From contig JBHGNT010000016.1 of the NCBI GenBank assembly GCA_043228905.1, positions 4,092,001 through 4,156,000 of the forward strand: a stretch of DNA of 64,000 bases, written 5' to 3'. Under the pieces are notes generated by a model that was not told the origin of the DNA, did not search any database, and saw nothing but the letters and a program-made list of their open reading frames with translations. Below, piece by piece: positions 53,881 through 64,000 of this stretch. Source of the DNA: Azolla caroliniana. Lineage: Eukaryota > Plantae > Polypodiophyta. The position numbers and the translations under genes were made by a program. The stretch's first letter is position 1. The number at the start of each line of letters is the position of its first letter.

Positions 53881-56800
53881 TCTCTCTCTCTTCTGTCTCG
53901 AAGTTGTCAGACAGACAGTGGCAGAAAGTTAATGAAAGACGACATATCTATTACAGGTCTATCTCTCTCTTTCTCTCTCTCACTCTACCTTCGAAGCTCT
54001 GTTTCTTTCTTTCTTTCTGTTTCTCTCTCTCACTCCACCTTCGATTCTCTGTTTCCCCGCGTAGCTGTTCTTGTGTTCCCCTCTGTGCCAGGTTCGATCT
54101 CTGAACTCTGTATACGCAGAGATTTTTGTTTCCCCTGCTTGTTGTATGTGTTGTTGATTTTCCTTCCTTGTGTATGCTCATTTGTCTCCTCTGCAGCAGC
54201 CTCATCAACAACCTCTTGCATATAGGTGATTTTGAAGGCTTGGTTTGCTCCCAAGGTGTCGAAATCAACACGGTGTGGTACCTCTGCAAGTTGTACGACC
54301 TCCAGGTATTCTCTGTGTTGCATGCCCAACTGGTATGTTTTCTTTTTCTGTTTGTCTGTTTGTCTATTTTTTATTTGCATGTGTATGGCCATTTTTAGGT
54401 TTTGATTATTCATAGTCTATGTGTTGCATGCCCAGCTGGCATGTTTTTGTTTTCTCTGTGTTTCTCTGTGTTTCTTTTAAAAATGTATGACAATATTTTG
54501 ATCGAGGTGGTTGTGTGTTAGACATGTTTGTACATGCAAAGTAAATGGAGTTGGCTATGATGAGTTGCTATGTTTTCGTTTTGTTCTTGTTTCCTGTCCA
54601 TCTGTTTTATTTTGTGTGAGTTTGACATGGATGAGTGTTTTTCCGACTATTTTGGGTTTTTGTGTGTTTGACATGGCTTGTACATGCGATGTGATGGAGT
54701 TGGCTATGATGATTTACAATGTTTTTGTTTTCTTTGACTTTCCTATCCGTTTGTTTTTATTGTCTGTGTGTTTGACATGGATGAGTTTTTTTCCGACTAT
54801 TTAGGGTTATTGTGTGTTTGACATGGTTTGTACATGCAATGTGATGATTTGCTATGTGTTGATGGTAATTGCTTGAGTTTTCTTCTAGTACATGCATATT
54901 CATTCCCTGAGAATTGTGTTGACTAGGACAATGACGAGAAGGACACCCATAAAGAAGACATTGATGAAAGAGAAAGTGAAGACACCAATGAAGGAAGGAA
55001 GAAGGACACCCATGAAAGAAAGCAAGAAGACACCCACAAGAGAAAGGGTGATGAATTCATCAACACAGAGAAAGAAGATGTACCACTCCATCAGTCGAGA
55101 CACACCTCTTGGATGGAATTATTTCCTTCGAGCACGACCTGACGTTTATCCAGAGCTAAGAGGGTGGTTGTTAAAAACCTGGGGGTCAGCACATCCCGAC
55201 ACAAGGCGAGGATTCCACATAAGTGGTTTGAAGAGGGAATACATGAATTTATTGAAGACGAGATACGAACATGTTTATGATACAAATCAAATCACTAACA
55301 ATGAGGTGGGTACTGTTTTTGCACGTGCTTTTGCATGTGAAGTTCAAGGTGGCATTAACGTAAATTGGGAAGATTTTAATCGGCACCGGTCAAAACATTA
55401 CAAAGGGTCCTCCAGTACCAACACTGGCTTGAAGTTATCTGGAACCTCTCATGTGGATATTCCAGCTACAACACCTGTCCACCAAGTTCTAGAGGCAAAG
55501 GTACGGGCCACAATGACTGAAAAGCATGAACAGATGATGGCCGGTTGCATAGCTTCTATGAGCTCAAGAATACAAGCACTACTTGCTGATTTGGAAGCAG
55601 TTAAATCAGCTGAGATACAGACAGAAAAGAAATTTTCTTCAATAAAAACTACATATGAATGGATTGCATCGACAATCCAAAATTCAGAAAGTGAGGTGTT
55701 GAAAGAGGAGTTGAAGAAAGAGCTGAACAATATGGGCACTCAATTAGGTTCACAGATGAGAGACCTTGATACTTGCAGGAATGCACATGAAGAAATAGAT
55801 AATAAGTTGTCAGCCTTAAAGTTGCATTCTGAGAACCTTGCATGCTTGATGCAGGATTTAAAACAAAATGGTTTTGATACTTTGTGTCCATCTGTAATTG
55901 AGCACCCAAGTGGTATAGAAAGTACCATTATTAGTATAGCTATATCACGGTATTGGCTTTAAAAGTTATTTATTTCTACTTCTCTGGTATAAATAAGTGA
56001 GCAGCTAATATATTATAACTTGTGTTTGCAATCTTCCAGGTGTATATTTTGTGGCCTCGGATTCAAGCTGGAGGCTATGGATGTTGTGATTACACCATGC
56101 TTGCACACATATCATGTGCTATGTGCTAAGTATCATTTTGAGAAAGAGAATGTACATGTATGGACTGTAAAACTACAATTGCGGCTGAGTGGTACTATGC
56201 TTGGGGTTTAAAAGTACACCCGTACGGTATGTGGTTCTACTATTCTATTGTTTGTATTATATGATGTCAATTAACATTTGGACTAGAACTAGTGTATGCC
56301 ACAATTCATACTTCAAATTTAGTGTAATCTCTAACAACTATTATGTGGAACCCTAATTATGTGGGTTAGTATTGGCAGTACTCTTAATATATAATTGGTA
56401 TGTGTAGTTGAAGGGATATTTTCCAGAATTAGTAGTACTAAAAGGGAACCAGGTACAACATCGTCCAATCTATATTGCAACTTGCCTAGTATTAGTTTAG
56501 TAAACACTATACTTATAGTACATTGTTGACTGTTAGATTGTTTGTGTAACTTGGGAATTAGTACTAGTAATGTAATTTGGGAACAAGGTGTATAGTAAAT
56601 TGCTGAATAATAGTACAATTATTGTAATTTGGAAATGAGGTGTGTCAAACACATATCACGTTTAGTACTAATACTGTTCAAGATTAATATTGTTGGTGTA
56701 ATTAGTACAAGTTATGTAACTAGGTGTGTAGAACACATATCATGTTTAGTATTACTTGTGTGCAAAATACCAATCTACATTTGTTGGATTAGTACTTAGT

Positions 56801-56989
56801 AAGTACTACATGGTTCATGATTAGTACTAGTTCTGTACTTTGTGAACTAAGTTACTAGTACATTGCTCATGACTAATACTAGTTTTGTAATTTCGGAACT
56901 GAGTAGTACTTTGTTCCTTATTAGTACTAGTTTTGTACCTTATTAGTACTAGATCAGTAATCTAGAAAATAAGTGAGTAGTACATTTTG

Positions 56990-58390
56990 TAGGATTAGTA
57001 CTAATTGTGTAATTTGACTAAGTCAGTGGTACATTGTTGAGTAGTACATTGTTCAGGATTAGTACTAATTGTGTAATTTGACTAAGTCAGTGGTACATTG
57101 TTGAGTAGTACATTGTTCAGGATTAGTACTAATTGTGTAATTTGACTAAGTCAGTGGTACATTGTTGAGTAGTACATTGTTCAGGATTAGTACTAATTGT
57201 GTAATTTGACTAAGTCAGTGGTACATTGTTCGGGATTAGTACTCCTTGTGTAATTTGGTAACTAAGTGAGTAGTATATTGTGCATGATTAGTACTACTTG
57301 TGTAAATTGGGAACTAAGTGAGCATTACATTGTTCGGGATTAGTACTCCTTGTGTAATTTGGTAACTAAGTGAGTAGTATATTGTGCATGATTAGTACTA
57401 CTTGTGTAAATTGGGAACTAAGTGAGCATTACATTGTTCGGGATTAGTACTCCTTGTGTAATTTTGTAACTAAGTGAGTAGTATATTGTGCATGATTAGT
57501 ACTACTTGTGTAAATTGGGAACTAAGTGAGCAGTACATTGTTCGGGATTAGTACTCCTTGTGTAATTTGGTAACTAAGTGAGTAGTATATTGTGCATGAT
57601 TAGTACTACTTGTGTAAATTGGGAACTAAGTGAGCAGTACATTGTTCGGGATTAGTACTCCTTGTGTAATTTGGTAACTAAGTGAGTAGTATATTGTGCA
57701 TGATTAGTACTACTTGTGTAAATTGGGAACTAAGTGAGCAGTACATTGTTCGGGATTAGTACTCCTTGTGTAATTTGGTAACTAAGTGAGTAGTATATTG
57801 TGCATGATTAGTACTACTTGTGTAAATTGGGAACTAAGTGAGCAGTACATTGTTCGGGATTAGTACTAGTTCAGTGATTTAGGAAATAAGTGAGTAGTAC
57901 ATTGTTCAAGATTAGTACTACTTATTAATTTGACTAAGTCAGTGGTACATTTTTCGGGATTAGTACTTGTGTAATTTGGTAACTAAGTGAGTAGTATATT
58001 GTGCATGATTAGTACTACTTGTGTATATTGTGCATGATTAGTACTAATCGTGTATATTGGGAACTAAGTGAGCAATACATTGTTCCTTATTAGTACTAGT
58101 TCAGTAATTTAGGAAACAAGTGAGTAGTACATTGTTCAAGATTAGTACTACTTTTTAATTTGACTAAGTCAGTGGTACATTGTTCGGGATTAGTACTCCT
58201 TGTGTAATTTGGTAACTAAGTGAGTAGTATATTGTGCATGATTAGTACTACTTGTGTATATTGTGCATGATTAGTACTACTTGTGTAAATTGGGAACTAA
58301 GTGAGCAGTACAGTGTTCCTTATTAGTACTAGTTCAGTAATTTAGGAACTATGTGAGTAGTACATTGTTCATGATTGGTACATTGTGTAA
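56990..58390. repeat. Intronic minisatellite of ~52-bp monomers with higher-order structure
   Basis: 3 x 64-bp units (56992, 57056, 57120), 6 x 104-bp A/B dimers (57234-57857) and ~230-bp blocks (57861, 58091, 58324). Each monomer has the palindromic core TAGTACT(A). Diverged monomers extend left to ~56640. Confidence 0.95.
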
Positions 58391-59453
58391 TATGGGAAGC
58401 AGCTCTTGTGACCTACATTATATATTTTAGATGATGGTACTAACATTCAAGGTTTTTTTGTTTCTTGCAATGAATGTTGTAGTGTCAAGCAACTCCACGC
58501 CAGGGAAGGTAATGGAACAACCAGCCCCTGTGCCGAAACCCTCAATATCTGCTGCACATTCCAAGGTTCAGGGACCATCATTACCAATAACCTATGATTT
58601 TTATGATGAGGATGAATGTATGAGAAGGGCCATTGGATCAGTGGAACATATGCTTCTACAAACAAATTCCCCAAGCTCCGGTCAACATCAAGAAATAGAG
58701 CCCACTAAGAAGAGAAATGCAGTTTCTTTACAAATAGAGCCCAGTAAGAAGAGAAATGCTGCAAGAATGTTGTATGGAAACGGCAAGAAAGGTAAAGTTG
58801 AATGCAATGGTGAGTCATATAAGTTCTCACCTGTCCGGAGCATTGTCAACCTAATCCATTGTCTAATACCATGTACTTGTGTTACTAGCTGATGACGAAA
58901 TGATATTTGGTGACGGAGATACGAGTCAAAAACCTGATCGTGAAGACGAATTTATCACACTCCCAGGTACACGTCAAAAGCCAGACTTTGAAAACAATGA
59001 TTTAGCTCATAACAACCCTATTTTTGTTGCTATTATAGATCATAACAACACTGTTGAGCACCTAGATGTTGTGGAGAAGATGACCGAGCCCACCACTTGC
59101 AATGGGGTATCTACGGCTGTACAGTATGACGATGTAACATTAGGTAAAAATGTGGCCCTAAACCCTATGTTCATTGTTTGCAAACTTTTGAGTATGTGAG
59201 TTGATACCAATATTCTTTGGAATCCCATTAATTAGGTTTACAAGAGTAGTCTGATTCCCAACTGCAATCAAATGAATCGGGAACTTCATGGAGCACAAGT
59301 GCAGAGTCAGATTCTGGTCAGAGTCAGAATCAAATTAACCTTTGCACGGAGGCAGACTCTGGAAGCACATCTTCCACACATGAGGATTGTGAGAAAAACG
59401 AAGCATTCATATGTGAAGAGCAGCTGGCATGTACAAACAACACTATGTCTAAA

Positions 59454-59610
59454 GAAGCCTATGAGGAGTGTGGAAAGAATATGACAAGTACTGAAGAGAA
59501 GATTGAAGCCCATGAAGAGTGTGGAAAGAATATGGCAAGTACTAAAGAGAAGATTGAAGCCCATGAAGAGTGTGGAAAGAATATGGCAAGTACTAAAGAG
59601 AAGACTGATT
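59454..59610 (+). repeat. Coding tandem repeat, 3 x 51 bp (17 aa, EAHEECGKNMASTKEKI)
   Basis: Units at 59454, 59505 and 59556 within ORF 59445-60392. Confidence 0.85.
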
Positions 59611-60521
59611 GTATTGATAATGTGGCAAGTGCTGAAGAGAAGACTGATTGTACTGATAATGTGTTAGTAGTGTCTACTGATAATGTGCTAGTACTGTCTA
59701 AAGATTCCCATGAGGATCATGGAAAGAACATTGCTAGTAATGAAGAGGAGCTTGATTGTACTAAGAATGTGCTAGTAGTGTCTTGTGAAGCCCATGAGGA
59801 TCGTGGAAAGAACATCGCTTTCCCTGAAGATAAGCCTGATTGTACAGAATCCCATGAGGAGTGTAGAGCGAACAACATTACTAATGAAGGGGGGCCTGAT
59901 TGTACTCAGAGCGAGCATACTAGCATCACCAAAGAGGACCAGGCAATAACGACCACCCAAGCAGGTACACGTTGTCTTAAGAATGAGGTGACATCCACCG
60001 TAGAAGAGGAGTTGACCATGACTACTGCCACGGTCCACATACAGGAGTCTAATAAGAACGAGTGTATAGGCATCGGTGATGATGATAGGGCAATAAAGAT
60101 CGCTAGGATTACAAGCATTCAGGAGATGAGTGATAATTTGTCTATCGACAGCACCTTTGTGGATTTGTGTACAAGCATTGCAGTTGTAGAAAACACAGTT
60201 GCTCTCTCAAGCTTGCCACCAGTACAAGGTGCCCGCGCATCCACACCTATCTCTGATGCCTCTGATGATGAAGTGCCACTTAGTCAGCTCATACCTAAAG
60301 GCTTTAAGATAAAGAAGAATGTAAAATCAGAAAAATCTGGCACCAACAACAAGCGCATTACAAGATCGGCCAAGTTACCCTCTAGTGCCTGATTGTCTTT
60401 CGATTGTACTTGAACTTTAGTTGTTAGTGATGTCTGAAATTGAACTATTTGGATACCAAAATACTGTTTCAATTGCCAATGTCAAAAATCCAGTTCATGA
60501 ATCTGAAATAGTTATACCAGT

Positions 60522-61414
60522 GTGAAATCAAGTTCATGTTTAAGGATTGCTTCTGTATTTTGCTCGTCAACATATATCAAAAACAATGGGAATATACTTT
60601 TTGATCTAAGTATTCTTATTTTACAACGTTTTGTTTCTTTTTTGAGATCATCTCCTAATCCTCGCAAAGTCTTTCAGTCTGTTGTAGATAAAATGCTTGA
60701 AAGTCTTCTTAGCTTGCTAGGAAAATTTAGGTTTTCAGGTGTTGATGATGAGAAACAGAAAATATCGGGTGTTATTGAAGATATACTGAAGTATAGACTA
60801 TTTCATCAATCCCATTTGGAGGGTAACCAGAATGTGTGCAAATTGTTGAAGCAATGTGAACCCTATTTTGATGATATCATCCCAAAGGATGAACCATCCA
60901 CTAACAGTAGTAAGGAAACACTTACCTTTTTGAGCTATCACAAATTATTGTTTCAGGAGTTGGATTATTTTGTTAAGGAAAGGAAGGTATGTACTTTAAA
61001 ATCCATAGCCTGGATATTCAGGACTTATATACAAGAAGTTAAAACTCAGATGGCTTCACAGGACATATCATGAAACAAAAAAGGATTCTAAGAGAATAAT
61101 TTTCTTTGTTGTCTTCACAGAATTCATCGCCCCCTTTGAAGAATGAACTTACAGTAGAAAATCTTACAATATTAATGTCTTTAATGAATTCAACTAACAA
61201 TCTTCTCTTGGTAGCAAAAGAAGAGCAGATTTATGTGCCAACAAAGGACACACCAACTCTTATGAATCTAGACTTTATCAAGAAGATATACAATATTTTT
61301 ACTCATTTTAACATGGCTCTACAAAACTTCTATGCTCAAATAACATCAGGAAATATGAGCAATATCGGCAATGAAGAAATCCAAGTCCTGTTGACAACAA
61401 CTAATATATTATGA
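60522..61414 (+). pseudogene. Fragment resembling plant URB2/Npa2 (nucleolar pre-ribosome factor), disrupted
   Basis: Motifs FLRSSP...VVDKMLESLLSLL, IEDILKYRLFHQSHLEG, SYHKLLFQEL and NNLLL...EEQIYVPTKD....LDFIKKIYN recall plant URB2 (FVDKLLEPLL, LFH..HIDG, SYHRHLF, EKVYVRTED....FLKKVY). Recognised from memory. Confidence 0.6.
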
Positions 61415-61559
61415 AAGATAAGTACAAGTGGTTGAGAGGCATAAACACTTTAGAAGAAAGATGAAATATATCAATTCATTTGTTAATCATCAAAATTAAT
61501 AGTGAACTCCAAGTGGATGTTTTTCAGTTTTCTGGTACAATGTATTGATAGGGTGACTT

Positions 61560-62394
61560 TCAAGCATTAAATAGAGAGACCTCCCCTAATATGTGCTCAT
61601 GAACCTCTTGGGGGACCTTGTAGACAGTGTTGTATCCCTTAACCTTGTGCTTTGCTTGAGTCATATTGAATTTGATCGCTAGAATGGCATCAACGTAGAT
61701 TATTGCGATGGGTGCTTCTTTTAGTAATGCATATGTGTTCTTGCACTGCGGCAAATTTGCATAATAGTTTCCATACACGACAGACTCACCAACGTTGAAA
61801 TTGTTGCCCCAACCATCCCTCACCACTTCTTTCAATAATGTCTTTCCTTGCTTGCACACCACAATGTAGTAGTCTTCTAAATCTTCATTCTGAGGCGATT
61901 TGACCACTGCAAAATGATCTCCAACTTCCAATAAAACTGCCAAGTCTTGATTTTGGTTGTAGTATACAATATCGTTTGAATGCACATCCTCTTCAATATC
62001 ATCTTGTTGTTCAGGCTCAAGCTTCTGCAGCTTCCAGGGCTCCGCGATTGATAGGTTGATGCATTTATCCCAAGCTTCATCTAGACACATGGAACAAAAG
62101 CATGATAAACTACGGAGTAACAATTGTGTTGTGTCCTTGCGGCTAAACCCTAACACACAATGGGTGTTGCGTGTGCCTATCACGGTTTTACAACCATATG
62201 ATTTAGTTCTATCGACCTCATCAGCGCGAACTTCAACAAACAATCTCTTCTTACCATCATTTGACATCTTCCATTTTAGCCACTACACAACATCATGTGC
62301 ATTTTGTAACTTAGCACCATTATTATCCAACTGCTCACTTGTAAGGGAACGTTTGATCACAGCCCCCGCGCCATCATGCTCTCCTTTTCCATGT
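61560..62394 (-). pseudogene. 3' half of a DDD/E transposase with an HGKGxxDG motif (Sola-type)
   Basis: Minus strand from 62392 reads HGKGEHDGAGAVIKRSL...LQNAHDVV*WL, continuing into ORF 61560-62267 (GTRNTHCV, LRSLSCFCSMC...C). Confidence 0.65.
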
Positions 62395-64000
62395 TGTTGG
62401 GATTACGGTCCCTTCGGATGGGATGGTCGGATATCGGAGACGAATGCCGACAAGCCCGGTTTCGGTTTCGGAACCGGATGGTGAAAACCCGACATCGGAG
62501 CCGGATGACGAATGTACCCGGAGCGAGATCCGGATGTGGGGACATATCTGTGAATATGTTTGCCAAGGGCCCTTGAGGCTATAGTTGTAAATAGCCCCAA
62601 AGTCATATGTGTATAAATATGACTTAGGGCAATCAGTTTTGGTGTGGCTGATCATTTTTCTGTTTTTCCACTCAAGAGGAGTGAAGAGAGAGCAGCCGCG
62701 AGAGAGATAGAGCGTGAGAGAGGAAGAGGTCGACGCCTCTGTGTAATACCGCCGCCTGTGGCGAGGACAGCGAGCTCAAGGTCGTCGCCTTGCAGCTCGC
62801 CATTGTATATTTCTCTGTGCATAGTTCGTTTGGAGTCTTGTACTCCCGTGGTTTTTCCCGTCTAGGGTTTTCCACGTTAATCCCTGTGTATTCGTGTTCT
62901 TTCTCTGTGGTTCCTATTTTCTGCTGCATTGATTCGTGTTTACTCGGTTGTGGCCGAGTGGTGAAGGTTAATCGGAGCGTCGATTGCTCAACAAACTGGT
63001 ATCAGAGTGGGCTGCTGCAGAAAATGGAAGGCGGCGGCAGCGGGCAGCCGGGGATGATGGTGCTAAATGCACAGAATTACGCCGACTGGAAGATCAAGAT
63101 GGAGGATCTTCTGATTGTTCGGGACCTGTACGAACCGATTGACAGGTCGGAAATACCGAAGGGGGTACTTGAGTCAGAATGGAGGCTTCTGAACCGGAAA
63201 GCCGTTGCAACCATTCGGCAATACGTAGACGTGAGCGTTCTACAACATGTGGCGAACGACACCAACGCATATGAGATGTGGCGGAAGCTGTCGGGCCTCT
63301 ATGAGAGGAAGAATGCGTTGAACCGGACCTCCCTGATGAGGAAGATAGTGAACCTCAAGTACCGGGACGGCGAGAGTATGGTGGAACACGTAAGCACGTT
63401 CATGGGATTCGTGAACCAGCTTGCGGCGATCAAGTTCCCGCTGGAGGATGCAATGCAAGCCATCATTCTGATGTGTACATTGCCGGAAAGCTGGGAGAAC
63501 TTGGTGGTGACTCTCAGCACCTCCTGCACCGAAGATAACTTGTCCCTACAAACGGTAAAGACAAGTATTTTGAACGAAGAAGCGCGTCGGAGAGATAAAG
63601 AACCGGCCTCCGACTCGAAGGCGCTGCTTACCGAATCGGAACGGGGAAGACAATGGAACCGGAGTCCGCAAAGACGGGAGAAGTCGGGGACCCGGTCGCA
63701 GTCAAGAGGAAGGCCCACATGTTTCCACTGTGGGAAGTCGGGGCACTTCCGAAAGAATTGTCGGCATTACCGAAAAGACAACGGAGCCGACGACACCGAT
63801 TCGAAGAAGTCTTCGGAACGGAACGGTGCTTACCGGGGAGCCACGGACCGGAATGGTTCGGATCGGCGAGGGCAGGACCGGAAAGGAACGACGGCACTCG
63901 CGGCAAGTGAAGAGGAGATCATGCTCATTACCGAAGAAGGTGAACTAAACATTGCCGGCGATGAGACTACCTGAGTGGTCGATTCCGGAGCGTCGTTCCA
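62395..64000 (+). mobile_element. Ty1/copia element (Tnt1/Tork-like): 5' LTR 62395-62993, PBS, gag, start of protease; runs off the window
   Basis: TGTTGGGATT...GCTCAACA LTR with the same start as the 45648 LTR. iMet PBS TGGTATCAGAG at 62997-63007. Gag from ATG 63024 (NYADWKIKMEDLL, CFHCGKSGHFRKNC), with a TGA replacing the W before VVDSGAS. Confidence 0.93.

Larger units (their letters stand above)
54892..60392 (+). pseudogene. TE-associated multi-exon gene: N-terminal domain (...FARAFA...VNWEDF), coiled coil, RING-H2 finger, acidic repetitive tail
   Basis: ORF 54892-55949 splices (GT 55950, AG 56038-56039) to R-CIFC...PCLHTYHVLC. A frameshift near 56150 separates the final CMDC...EWYYAWG. 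A GT at 56227 and an AG at 58429-58430 bracket the satellite. Later exons (58431-60392) are low complexity and their structure is uncertain. Confidence 0.6.
53524..62394. mobile_element. Putative large DNA transposon (Sola-type DDD/E transposase on -, accessory gene on +); right part displaced by a copia insertion
   Basis: Begins where the LINE RT stops abruptly. Contains a spliced accessory gene (+), an intronic satellite, a URB2-like fragment and a convergent transposase 3' half. The left end is approximate, and no TIR/TSD pair can be checked because the other end is outside the window. Confidence 0.5.

Noticed and set aside
56990-58390. CRISPR-like array (regular units with a palindromic core)
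   Set aside because: The sequences between the cores are themselves repeated rather than unique spacers, there are no cas genes, and the context is a eukaryotic intron. It is a minisatellite.

Overview
Eukaryotic plant genomic DNA, probably a non-seed vascular plant such as a fern. This is inferred from GT-AG introns, (GA)n tracts, a Tcn1-like chromovirus and TE lineages not typical of angiosperms. The first ~25 kb holds three intact host genes: a 2-exon TPR-like protein (+), a 6-exon plastid ATP/ADP transporter NTT/AATP (-) and a class II BBR/BPC GAGA-binding factor (+). It also holds a TA-flanked Tc1/mariner-pogo MITE and a non-autonomous hAT element. From ~25.5 kb to the end is a deeply nested TE cluster: four Ty1/copia copies, a Tcn1-like chromovirus, a fungal-like Ty3/gypsy element, solo LTRs, an L1 LINE and a LINE 3' fragment. 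The cluster also holds a large putative Sola-type DNA transposon with a RING-H2 accessory gene, an intronic 52-bp satellite and a captured URB2-like fragment. Three observations stand out. (1) Three related gypsy-type insertions all have 4-bp TSDs centred on CpG (ACGT, CCGT, CCGG), and the full-length copy has a tRNA-Trp PBS and a GGATTTT-TAG site after the protease. (2) A non-coding TG...CA element has a 5-bp TSD but ~210-bp terminal INVERTED repeats that look like outward-facing LTR promoter ends. (3) The composite Sola-like transposon. Family assignments come from motif recognition by eye, not database searches.
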